Below, piece after piece: positions 28,938-38,048 of a DNA stretch of 64,000 nt. The stretch is from contig OZ252100.1 in the NCBI GenBank assembly GCA_965248435.1, forward strand, positions 2,144,001 to 2,208,000. Direction: 5' to 3'. The position numbers and the translations under genes were made by a program. Below the pieces are notes generated by a model. That model ran no database searches. It had not been told where the DNA came from and worked only from the letters and a program-made list of their open reading frames with translations. The DNA comes from Candidatus Latescibacterota bacterium. Its GTDB lineage: Bacteria > Latescibacterota > UBA2968 > GCA-2709665. Position 1 is the first letter of the stretch, and every line of letters starts with the position of its first letter.

Positions 28938-31900
28938 TTAATCCGCCGGTTCTGGTCCCCTGAAGGAAATTGTTTTTGTTCGTAAGAAGGCCGAAGACAA
29001 GATCCTGCGTAGAGCGAACCGCAGGTCATCCAAATACGTGTAGAAGAGCGGCACCACGAACAGCGTTAATAGCGTCGCACACAGAAGCCCCCCCATCATC
29101 GCCCGCCCCATAGAGGAATAAGGCACACCCATCAGCGTCCCCGAAGCGGCAGACAGCGGCACCAACCCGAAGATCGTCGTGAACGTCGTCATCAGAATTG
29201 GCCGGAATCGGTTTGCGGCTGCCTCCATAATCGCCTCGGTCCGATCCTTCCCCTCCGCCCTCACCCGATTCACCATATCCACGAGCACGATCGCGTTGTT
29301 TACGACCACCCCGATCAGCACGATGATCCCCACCTGTGCCATCCGGTCCATCACCGTATCGGTCAGGTAGAGCGTCCAGTAGACTCCCAGAAAGGCGAAC
29401 GGGATACAGAACAGGACGGAAAACGGCAGGATTAAAGACTCGAACAGCACACCCATCAGCAGGAAGACGAACGTGATGGCCAGCATCACAGCAAAATGCA
29501 TCGTCTCTTCCGATTCCTTGAATTTCTCGAAACGCTCCCCCTTGTTCCATCTGTAGCCAGGCGGCATCTCAAACCCTGCCATCGCCCGATCGATCTGTCC
29601 ATACAGGCCGGCCAGATCATCCTTCCTGGCAAACACCAGGCATCCAAGGGCGAGCTTTGATTCTCTCCTCAATATCGTTTGCTGTCCCTCCTTCACCCGA
29701 AGGCTTGCGAAGGCAGAGAGCGGAATCTCCTCTCCAGATTCGGACCGGAAGGCCAGGCCTTTGAGATGCAGCAAGGACTGACGGTCCAGTCTGCTCAGGA
29801 GGATCCGCACATCTTTCTCCTTGCCTCCAGACACGTAGCTCGGCAGCGCCACCCCTGCAAGCTGATAGTAGATGCTCGTCGCCACCCGGTGAGGAGAAAT
29901 CCCAAACTGCTGCGCCGCCTCTCGATCGATCCTGACCTGGACCTCATCCTCCCCGCGGTCCCCCTCCGCGAAGATCCCGGTGACCGAGGGGATCTCCGTC
30001 AACCGCCGCACTACTTCGATCCTGAGTCTGTCCAGGACCTCGCGCTCGTCTCCTAACAGCTCGACGGCGACGTGCGGATCTCCGACCCTTCCTTGCTCGA
30101 CGAGAAGTTGATGTCCGACGAAGGTCGGAACCTTTGCTCGAATATCCTCGATGATCGCCTTTCGATCCATACGGTCGTCCAGAGGGTACCCAGCCCATTT
30201 CCTCAATCCCCTGTAGGCTTGATGCCACCAGGGCACGGCCCCTTCCTCTTCCAGGATGATTCTGAAGTGAATCCTCCACTTGCTCTGGGGAGAATAGTGG
30301 AACCGAATATTCCGAATCCCGTAGACATCACGCTTACTTTCCAGAAAACCCTCGACCTGAGACGCGATGCCCTCGAGCTCCGCCCAGCCGAGAAATTTAG
30401 GAGGACGGTAACTTACCCGAATCGTATTGACCGATCCCTTCAACGAGTCCGACCGCTTGACCTTTTCCATCGGGTAGAACATCGTCGCAGAGAGGGCCAG
30501 AACGATCAGCACGGCATCTTTCCGACGGCTCAGCGCCCAGGAGAGCCCCCTCAGATAGGCCCTTCGAGGCATGGCAATGTAGGCTGCGTCCGGCCTTACC
30601 CGACTTCCGCCGAACCGCTTCGAAGCAAGCGGGATGAAGAGCAATGCCACGAAAAGCGAGCCGATCAGCGCGAGAATGATCGGGACGCCGACTTTGGACA
30701 GAAAGAATGAGAGATCCACGTCACCACTCATTGCCATAAGCGGCAGGAAGACGACCACGGTCGTGAGCGTGGCCGTCGTGATTGCGAGAGAGACTTCGCT
30801 CGCCCCTTTTACGGACGCATCGTGCGCGTTCTCACCCTTTACGCGCATTCGATAAATGTTTTCCACGACCACGATCGCGTTGTCCACAACCATTCCGACA
30901 GCGACCATCAGACCCATCATCGTCAGAAGGTTGAGAGACCAGTCCGCAAAGTAGAGTACCGTCACCGCGATCATTATGCAGAGAGGAATGGCCAGTGTGA
31001 TCAACGCCGTCATCCGCATGGCGCGCAGAAAGACGAACAGGATAACAGCTGCGAAGATCGCGCCCCATAGCCCCGTGTTCCGAAGATTCTGCATCGATTC
31101 CCGGATCAGTCTTCCCTGGCTGAAAAACACCGCGAACTTAAATCCAGTCTCGGCCTCGATCCTCTCCAGTTCCGCCTCGACCCTGTCATTCAATGAAACG
31201 ATATCCGCTCCTGATTCCTTGTAGACCCCGATAGAGACGGTTGGACGACCATCCAGTCGATTGATTCGAAACCTGAGAGGTGCGTCCCGTGACACCGTGG
31301 CCACTTCCTTGAGTGGCACGCTGCCGTTCGGTGCGGGGATAGGCAGGTTTTCCAGCTCGTCCAGGCTTTCATAACGTGCAAGCGAGCGCACGAAGAACCG
31401 CTTTCCTCCTTCACGAACCGTGCCGCCCCCCATCGCAAAGTTGTCGCCCTGGAGGTTCCGCACGAGTTCGAAGGGATCTACGCCGCGTGTCCGGAGTCTC
31501 TCCTGATCCAGCTCGATCATCACGGCCTTTTCGGGCGCACCCCAGATCTCCACCTTGGCCACACCCCGGATCCTTTCCAGCCTGGGCTGCACCATCCTTT
31601 CCAGCTCGGAGCGCGCGTCCTTGATCTCTTCCGGCATGGCAATGCCTGCCCAGAGAATCTCATTGTCCGTTTCAGGATTGTACTTCCAGATCCAGAAGTT
31701 CCTCGTGTATTCCTCGGGAATGACCCGCTTCAGCCGCTCCACCCGGTCCATCAGCCGGTTGTAGATCTCGGACATATCCAGACCTTTACGGAAGACCAGC
31801 TTTGTATAGGTACCTTGCCGGTGACTCTTGATCTCGTAGTATACCAGCCCCTTGAGCGTTCGGAGATGCTCCACCATCGGCCGGGCAATGTCCGCATCCT

Positions 31901-32123
31901 TTTCGTGCGGCGTGGTGTTTGTGCGCGTGTAGGTCCCCAGGTAGAGACGTGGGGAATCCAGCCCGGTCGCAAACGCCTGGATCCGAATCCGCGAATAGGA
32001 CACCACGCCTACTGCGAGCAGAGCCACGAGGCACATCGTCACCGTCACGGGCCGGGTCACCGAAATGCGTGGCAGCAACGATGCGGTCTCTTTCGGAATT
32101 CTATTTGGCATGCTATTATTCAC
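28938..32123 (-). CDS. RND permease, array paralog 6
   Basis: Same conserved motifs; 1061 aa. Confidence 0.95.
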   Translation of the reverse strand: MNNSMPNRIPKETASLLPRISVTRPVTVTMCLVALLAVGVVSYSRIRIQAFATGLDSPRLYLGTYTRTNTTPHEKDADIARPMVEHLRTLKGLVYYEIKSHRQGTYTKLVFRKGLDMSEIYNRLMDRVERLKRVIPEEYTRNFWIWKYNPETDNEILWAGIAMPEEIKDARSELERMVQPRLERIRGVAKVEIWGAPEKAVMIELDQERLRTRGVDPFELVRNLQGDNFAMGGGTVREGGKRFFVRSLARYESLDELENLPIPAPNGSVPLKEVATVSRDAPLRFRINRLDGRPTVSIGVYKESGADIVSLNDRVEAELERIEAETGFKFAVFFSQGRLIRESMQNLRNTGLWGAIFAAVILFVFLRAMRMTALITLAIPLCIMIAVTVLYFADWSLNLLTMMGLMVAVGMVVDNAIVVVENIYRMRVKGENAHDASVKGASEVSLAITTATLTTVVVFLPLMAMSGDVDLSFFLSKVGVPIILALIGSLFVALLFIPLASKRFGGSRVRPDAAYIAMPRRAYLRGLSWALSRRKDAVLIVLALSATMFYPMEKVKRSDSLKGSVNTIRVSYRPPKFLGWAELEGIASQVEGFLESKRDVYGIRNIRFHYSPQSKWRIHFRIILEEEGAVPWWHQAYRGLRKWAGYPLDDRMDRKAIIEDIRAKVPTFVGHQLLVEQGRVGDPHVAVELLGDEREVLDRLRIEVVRRLTEIPSVTGIFAEGDRGEDEVQVRIDREAAQQFGISPHRVATSIYYQLAGVALPSYVSGGKEKDVRILLSRLDRQSLLHLKGLAFRSESGEEIPLSAFASLRVKEGQQTILRRESKLALGCLVFARKDDLAGLYGQIDRAMAGFEMPPGYRWNKGERFEKFKESEETMHFAVMLAITFVFLLMGVLFESLILPFSVLFCIPFAFLGVYWTLYLTDTVMDRMAQVGIIVLIGVVVNNAIVLVDMVNRVRAEGKDRTEAIMEAAANRFRPILMTTFTTIFGLVPLSAASGTLMGVPYSSMGRAMMGGLLCATLLTLFVVPLFYTYLDDLRFALRRILSSAFLRTKTISFRGPEPAD

Positions 32124-32125
32124 CC

Positions 32126-32151
32126 GTAGAGACGCCCCGGTGGGGCGTCTC
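32126..32151 (+). repeat. GTAG-type REP-like palindrome
   Basis: GTAGAGACGCCCCGGTGGGGCGTCTC. Confidence 0.8.
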
Positions 32152-32155
32152 CTGA

Positions 32156-35100
32156 TTAATCCGCCGGTTCTGGACCCCCGAGCGAAACCGTTCTGGTTCG
32201 TAAAAAGGCCGTGGACACGATCCTGCGAAGAGCCAACCGCAGATCATCCAAATACGTATAGAACAGCGGCACGACGAACAGCGTCAACAGCGTCGCGCAT
32301 AGCAGTCCCCCCATCATCGCCCGACCCATCGACGAATACGGCACCCCCATCAGCGTCCCCGAAGCGGCCGACAGCGGTACCAAGCCGAATATCGTCGTGA
32401 ACGTCGTCATCAGGATCGGCCGAAAACGATTCGCGGCAGCCTCCATAATCGCCTCCATCCGACCCTTCCCCTCCGCCCTCACCCGGTTCACCATATCCAC
32501 GAGAACGATCGCGTTGTTCACCACCACCCCGATCAGCACGATGATCCCTACCTGCGCCATCTGGTCCATCACCGTACCGGTCAGGTAGAGCGTCCAGTAT
32601 ACCCCCAGAAAGGCGAACGGGATGCAGAACAGGACCGAAAAAGGAATGATCAGCGACTCGAACAGCACGCCCATCAGGAGGAACACGAACGTGATGGCCA
32701 ACACCACGGCGAACTGCATCGTCTCCTCCGATTCCTTGAACCTCTCGAACCGCTCTCCCTTGGTCCATTTGTATCCCGGCGGCATCTCGAACCCGGTCAT
32801 CGCCCGATCGATCTCTCCGTAGAGCGCATCCAGGTCCTCCTGATTTGTGAACAACTGGCATCCTAGGAGGATCTTTCCTTCACTCCTGAATATGGTCCTC
32901 AACCCCCCGGTGATTCGAAACGAGGCGAAGGCAGAGAGCGGGATTTCCTCTCCGGACCCGGACCGAAACTTGAGGCCCTTGAGCTGTTGGATCGACTGGC
33001 GATCCAACTTGCTCAGGTGAAGACGTATGACCTTCTCTTCGTTCTCGGAGACGTAGCCGGCAAGCTCCACGCCCGCCAGCTGATAATGGAGGCTTCTGGC
33101 CACCCGGCTCGTTGAGATCTCATACTTCCGGGCTGCCTCTCGATCAATCTCGACGCGAACCTCGTCAGATCCGCTGTGTCCCTGCCCGGAGATCCCCGTG
33201 ACCGAGGGGATTGTCGCCAATCTTCGCTCCACCTCGGTGAGGAGCTTGGCCAGGACCTCACGATCATCCCCCGATAACTCGACAAAGAGGTGCGGAATCC
33301 CCACGTTGTCCCCATCGAGGTACATCTGGTGCCCCACAAATTTGGGCACGTGCTTTCGTATGTCTTCAATGACGGTCTTGCGATCCATTCGGTCGTCAAT
33401 CGGGGTTCCGATCTTTTTCCTGAAATCCCGGTAGGCCTGGAACCACCAGGCGACACTCCCCTCATCCTCCAGGATGATCCAAAACCGCAATTTCCCCCTC
33501 GATCCGGGCCAGTAGGAAAACCGGACATTTCGAATACCGTAGGCAGCCCGCCTGCTGTCCAGGAAGGCCTCGACCTCCCGCGCGACCTCACTCAACTCCT
33601 CCCACGGAAGCCACCTCGGTGGACTCAGATTCATGTGGATGCTGTTGATCGACCCCCGCAGGGAATCCGACCGTTTGACCTTTTCCATCGGGTAAAACAT
33701 CGTCGCGAACAGGGCGAGTGTGATCAAAACGGCATCTCTCCGGTGACGCAACGCCCAGGAAAGCCCTCCGAGATAGATCCCTCGCAGCCTCTCGATGCTC
33801 TTTGGATCTCCGTGTACTCGGGCCTCGGAAAACCGCTTTGCCGCCAGGGGGATGAGGAAAAGGGCCACGAAGAGCGAACCGATCAGCGCGACGATCACAG
33901 GCACCCCCACCCTGGAAAGAAAGAATGAGAGATCCACGTCGCCGCTCATCAACATCAGCGGAAGGAACACGACCACTGTCGTGAGCGTGGCCGTCGTGAT
34001 CGCAAGACCGACCTCGCTCGCGCCAGTTATGGAGGCATCCTGAGGATTCACGCCTTTCACGCGCATTCGGTAGATATTCTCCACGACGACGATCGCGTTG
34101 TCCACCACCATCCCGATCGCGACCATCAGACCCATCATCGTCAGCAGATTGAGAGACCAGTCCATGAAATAGAGCACGGCGACTGAAATCGTCACGCAGA
34201 GGGGAATAGCCAGCGTGATCAACGCGGTCATCCGAAACGTGCGAAGGAAGAAGAACAGGACCATGGCCGCGAAAAGCGCCCCCCAAAGTCCGGTGTTCTG
34301 AAGGTTCTGCATCGATTCTCGGATCAGTCTTCCCTGGCTGAAAAAGACTTCGAAATCGAACCCGATTTCCGTTTCGATCCTTTCCAGCTCGCGCTCGACG
34401 TTATCACACAATTCCACGATGTTTTGCCCAGAATCCTTGTAGACTCCGATCGCCATCGCCGGACGCCCGTCGAGAGTGCTGAACCAGTGCCGAATAGGCA
34501 CGTTCGGCGTTACGCTGGCGACCTCGCTCAGGAGCACGTTGCCCTGGCGCGTGGAGATTGGCACGTCCTCGATATCTTCCAGGCTTTCAAAGCGCGCCAG
34601 GGAGCGGACGTAGAATTTCTTCTCCCCTTCACGAACCGTGCCGCCCCCCATGACAAAGTTGTCGCCCTGGAGCGTCCTCACGAGTTCATACGGATTCACC
34701 CCGCGCGCTCGAAGTCGATCTTGATCCAGCTCGATCATCACCACCGTTTGAGGCGTTCCCCATATCCCGACCCCGGCCACACCGGGAATCCGCTCCAGCC
34801 TTGGCTGCACAAGCCGCTCCAACTCGTGCCGTGGGTCCTCGAACGCCCTCGGAAGGGCCACACCCGCCCAGAGCACCACCCTGTCCGACTCCGGATTGTG
34901 TTTGTGGACCCTGACTGTTTCTCTATACTCCTCCGGCAGCTCGCGCTTCAACTGCTCCACCCGATCAACGAGTCGGTTGTAGACCTCGGACATGTCGAGG
35001 CCTCTGCGGAAGTAGAGTCTGGAAGAGGTATTGGTTTCCGTGCTCTTGATATCGAACTTCCTCAACCCTTTCAGCGTACCGAAGTGTTCCCACATCGGGC

Positions 35101-35332
35101 GAGCAACCTGCTGGTCTTTTTCGTGCGGCGATGTGTCTGACGGGGTGTAGGTACTGACGTAGATAAAGGACGACTCCAGCCCGGTCGCGAAGGCCTGGAT
35201 CCGGATCCGGGAATAGGCAACCACCCCGACCGCGAGAATGGCCACCAGGCACATCGTGACCGTCACCGGACGGGTCACCGAAATGCGCGGAAGCAGGGAA
35301 CCCGCAGATGTTTTCGTTTCACGATTCATCAC
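32156..35332 (-). CDS. RND permease, array paralog 7
   Basis: Same conserved motifs; start overlaps the oxidoreductase stop. Confidence 0.95.
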   Translation of the reverse strand: MMNRETKTSAGSLLPRISVTRPVTVTMCLVAILAVGVVAYSRIRIQAFATGLESSFIYVSTYTPSDTSPHEKDQQVARPMWEHFGTLKGLRKFDIKSTETNTSSRLYFRRGLDMSEVYNRLVDRVEQLKRELPEEYRETVRVHKHNPESDRVVLWAGVALPRAFEDPRHELERLVQPRLERIPGVAGVGIWGTPQTVVMIELDQDRLRARGVNPYELVRTLQGDNFVMGGGTVREGEKKFYVRSLARFESLEDIEDVPISTRQGNVLLSEVASVTPNVPIRHWFSTLDGRPAMAIGVYKDSGQNIVELCDNVERELERIETEIGFDFEVFFSQGRLIRESMQNLQNTGLWGALFAAMVLFFFLRTFRMTALITLAIPLCVTISVAVLYFMDWSLNLLTMMGLMVAIGMVVDNAIVVVENIYRMRVKGVNPQDASITGASEVGLAITTATLTTVVVFLPLMLMSGDVDLSFFLSRVGVPVIVALIGSLFVALFLIPLAAKRFSEARVHGDPKSIERLRGIYLGGLSWALRHRRDAVLITLALFATMFYPMEKVKRSDSLRGSINSIHMNLSPPRWLPWEELSEVAREVEAFLDSRRAAYGIRNVRFSYWPGSRGKLRFWIILEDEGSVAWWFQAYRDFRKKIGTPIDDRMDRKTVIEDIRKHVPKFVGHQMYLDGDNVGIPHLFVELSGDDREVLAKLLTEVERRLATIPSVTGISGQGHSGSDEVRVEIDREAARKYEISTSRVARSLHYQLAGVELAGYVSENEEKVIRLHLSKLDRQSIQQLKGLKFRSGSGEEIPLSAFASFRITGGLRTIFRSEGKILLGCQLFTNQEDLDALYGEIDRAMTGFEMPPGYKWTKGERFERFKESEETMQFAVVLAITFVFLLMGVLFESLIIPFSVLFCIPFAFLGVYWTLYLTGTVMDQMAQVGIIVLIGVVVNNAIVLVDMVNRVRAEGKGRMEAIMEAAANRFRPILMTTFTTIFGLVPLSAASGTLMGVPYSSMGRAMMGGLLCATLLTLFVVPLFYTYLDDLRLALRRIVSTAFLRTRTVSLGGPEPAD

Positions 35333-36360
35333 GGATAAGTCCCCAAATCGACATCGCGGATCTCTTCATCTGCCGCCTTCTGAATGACCAGCGCGATGCG
35401 GGAAGCCTGGATGACCGATTCGGTACAAAGCTCATCCTCACCTGTCTCGCCCCGAATATCCCGCACGAAAGACTTCAGGTGTCCCCCGGGGTTGCCCTCC
35501 GGCAGCACGCGCCTGCTCACCGCCTTGTCGTGATCCAGCGCAAGCACGATCTCATTCAGATTCTGGGAAACCTCCAGGACGCCCCTCCGTCCCCAGAAGG
35601 TCATGCGCCAGTAGAAGGGTAGTCCGTATCCTCCGCCAAAAGGCGAGAAGTAAGACACATCTCCCATCACGCCGCACCCGTTCTCCATCGTCAGCATCAT
35701 CTGTGCGCCGTCCTTGAAGTGGGGATGCTCGCGTGCGAACGCGTTCCAGCACCGCGCGACGTTCACGGTCGAGAACTTCAGACCCGTCATCCACGGAATA
35801 CAGTCGAGCGCGTGGACGCCGACGTCGGCGATCGTCCCGCCGTGTTTCCCGGGCTCGAAGTACCACGCCGGACGAGAGCCAAGATTCAAGGGGTGCTGCC
35901 CGCCGAACGCGATCGCGTGAATCGGCCCGATATCTCCGTCTCGAATCACGTTTCTCGCCCCGATCACGTTGGGCTGATCTCGAAGGGTCAGCATACAGCC
36001 GACCTTCAGGTCGTGCGCACGGGCGAGCCGTTCGATCTCATCCAGCTCGTTCAGATCCGTACAGATCGGCTTGTCCGAAATCACGTGCTTCCCTTTCGAG
36101 AGCGCCTGAATCGCGAGGCTCCCTCGCCGGCCGAACCAATCTCCGATCGCGACCACGTCGCACGCCACATCCGCCAGCATTTTCTCGAACTCGGAATGCG
36201 TGATCTGGACCCCTTTACTCTCGGCTTCCCCCCGAGCCGCTTCATCTTCTTCGCAGGCGGCCGACAGCTCGATCCCCTCCACCTCCTGCTCCAGGACCCG
36301 TTTGTAAAGTGTCCGGATGTGACCGTGACGAAAACCCATAAATGCAAACTTGAGCGGCAT
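35329..36360 (-). CDS. Gfo/Idh/MocA family oxidoreductase
   Basis: KFAFMGFRHGH Rossmann start, GKHVISDKP, GGTIADVGVHALD; likely start ATG 36360, downstream of the leader terminator. Confidence 0.9.
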   Translation of the reverse strand: MPLKFAFMGFRHGHIRTLYKRVLEQEVEGIELSAACEEDEAARGEAESKGVQITHSEFEKMLADVACDVVAIGDWFGRRGSLAIQALSKGKHVISDKPICTDLNELDEIERLARAHDLKVGCMLTLRDQPNVIGARNVIRDGDIGPIHAIAFGGQHPLNLGSRPAWYFEPGKHGGTIADVGVHALDCIPWMTGLKFSTVNVARCWNAFAREHPHFKDGAQMMLTMENGCGVMGDVSYFSPFGGGYGLPFYWRMTFWGRRGVLEVSQNLNEIVLALDHDKAVSRRVLPEGNPGGHLKSFVRDIRGETGEDELCTESVIQASRIALVIQKAADEEIRDVDLGTYP

Positions 36361-36428
36361 ATGCTTTAACCTACCTGCAAGAATAGCCACAGCATCCGCG
36401 TCGTGCCGTGGCTTGGGGGGTATAAAAC

Positions 36429-36457
36429 AAAAACGCCATCCAGAAAAGGATGGCGTT
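36429..36457 (-). terminator. Intrinsic terminator within leader B
   Basis: Minus strand AACGCCATCC-ttttct-GGATGGCGTT-TTTGTTTT. Confidence 0.85.
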
Positions 36458-36680
36458 AAACGCAATCGCTCCCCCAGACACGAGTCGGTTCAGTAAGAAC
36501 CGGGACCTGGCGTCCTGGAGAAGCGGGTGTATTGACTTGACCGAAGAATGTCGCATCGGAGTTGACAAACGCGGGTCGTGTGTTCTCCAGAACTACGGCT
36601 GATGACAGCGCATAAACTTCATAAGTGCTTGAACGCCTCCGTTTTTGCGTAGCTAGAGTGCTAGGGGTCTCATTTCGATG
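36429..36680 (-). promoter_or_regulatory. Structured 5' leader / candidate attenuator (copy B) of the RND array
   Basis: Homologous to 10349-10614; uORF 36593-36622 MKFMRCHQP*. Confidence 0.65.
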
Positions 36681-36684
36681 AATT

Positions 36685-36713
36685 AACATACAATTTGCGA
36701 CCCGTTAAGTCAA
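36685..36713 (-). promoter_or_regulatory. Sigma70-type promoter of leader B
   Basis: TTGACT-17 bp-TATGTT. Confidence 0.8.
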
Positions 36714-36755
36714 CCCGTATCTCCCCCGATAGCGCTTCGGGCGATCGAACCAGCG

Positions 36756-38012
36756 TTAGGTCTTTACTTCCTCAACTTTTAGCGAATCTCTCCGCTCTCT
36801 CCACCCGAACCCGAGCAGGATCACCATCACGCTGGCCAAAAGCGACAGCGCCCCGACACGAAACGTGAGGACGTAACCCGCTTCAAGAATCGTCCTTCCG
36901 GCCCACACACTGCCTGCTGCAGACAAAAGCTGGAAGCTCGTCACCTTCAGGCTCTGTGCCCTTCCCCAGTACCGCCGGTCCACGAAGTCGGTTGCAAGTG
37001 CCATTTCTATCGGCACGTTCGCATTCTCGAAGGAGCTGAAAAGCACGTAGAGGATTGCTCCAAGCAGAAGGCTCTCGATGCCGCCAAACCAGGCCAGGGA
37101 GAGCGCCGCCAGGAAGCGAACCGGGACCAGCGATCGAACTTTGCCGTATCGTCTTGAAATCGCTGGCAGCGCCATCGTACTCGCGAGCGCCGCGCTCTGC
37201 GCACAGAAGAAGATCACGCCGATCGTCGCTGCCGATGCGAGGAGTCCTTCCTGGAAGAACACGTTGAAGAAGGGGAAGCAGGTTCCCAAGGCCAGTCCCT
37301 TGAAGCCGTTGTTGAGCGTCAGCAGGGCCAGAACATTCCTGACTTCTGCTCTCTCCGAGGTCGTGGATGGGCTACTGGTCGGCTCAGGGACCTGAGGTCC
37401 CTGAGCCCGTGTACCTAAGAGTGGAATGGCGGCCAGCAGGGTCATACCGGCCCCGAGGAGCAGTGCATACCGGAACGGTTCTGGCCGTTCCGTCGTCAAT
37501 CCCGACAACGCGGCCATCAGGGCAGGCAGTGACCCCCCGACCAGGCTGACGATCATGCGCGTGAATACCTGGGTCGAATACCCGATGGCGAGGACGCGCC
37601 CTCGATTGCGGGGCGAACTGTTTTCTGCCAGGAACGGGACGTGATTGACGAAGACCAGCGAAGAGGAGATACCGCCCAGGAAGGCGAAAACGAGAAGCAG
37701 AGTAGAAGACGTGCTCAGGCAGAGGACGAGCTGAGCCAGAAACAGGATGATGGCGGCCGCCAGGAGAAACGGCCCCCGGCCGATTCGGTCGCTCCATAGC
37801 CCGATCGGGATCGCGAACAGACCGCTCGCCAACGGACCCATGCTCGCGATCTGCCCGATGAAATCCTCGCGGTAGCCCAGACGGAGGAGGTAGAGATTAT
37901 AGAGGAGAAAGAAAAGACCGAAGCCGGAAAAATAGAAGATACCGAACAGGATGTAACGTCGCACATTCCTGTCGTATCTTCTGGGGTCCATCCCCCGAAA
38001 CAGACCAATCAC
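36756..38012 (-). CDS. MFS transporter
   Basis: About 12 hydrophobic segments; motif A GLWSDRIGRG. Confidence 0.9.
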   Translation of the reverse strand: MIGLFRGMDPRRYDRNVRRYILFGIFYFSGFGLFFLLYNLYLLRLGYREDFIGQIASMGPLASGLFAIPIGLWSDRIGRGPFLLAAAIILFLAQLVLCLSTSSTLLLVFAFLGGISSSLVFVNHVPFLAENSSPRNRGRVLAIGYSTQVFTRMIVSLVGGSLPALMAALSGLTTERPEPFRYALLLGAGMTLLAAIPLLGTRAQGPQVPEPTSSPSTTSERAEVRNVLALLTLNNGFKGLALGTCFPFFNVFFQEGLLASAATIGVIFFCAQSAALASTMALPAISRRYGKVRSLVPVRFLAALSLAWFGGIESLLLGAILYVLFSSFENANVPIEMALATDFVDRRYWGRAQSLKVTSFQLLSAAGSVWAGRTILEAGYVLTFRVGALSLLASVMVILLGFGWRERRDSLKVEEVKT

Positions 38013-38048
38013 ACCCCGCCTCCCCGGGCCACCGGTTCTTCCGGCCGG

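Noticed and set aside
10852-35332. Diversity-generating retroelement or invertase shuffling as the source of RND variation
   Set aside because: No reverse transcriptase, template/variable repeat pair or site-specific recombinase seen; all copies are full-length genes in one orientation.
36361-36465. N-terminal extension of the oxidoreductase given in the ORF track
   Set aside because: It runs through the leader terminator; the family-typical start is ATG 36360.
36456-36689. 77-aa ORF across leader B and 107-aa ORF across leader A (10329-10652)
   Set aside because: Not conserved as protein between the two homologous leaders; the former starts inside the -10 box.
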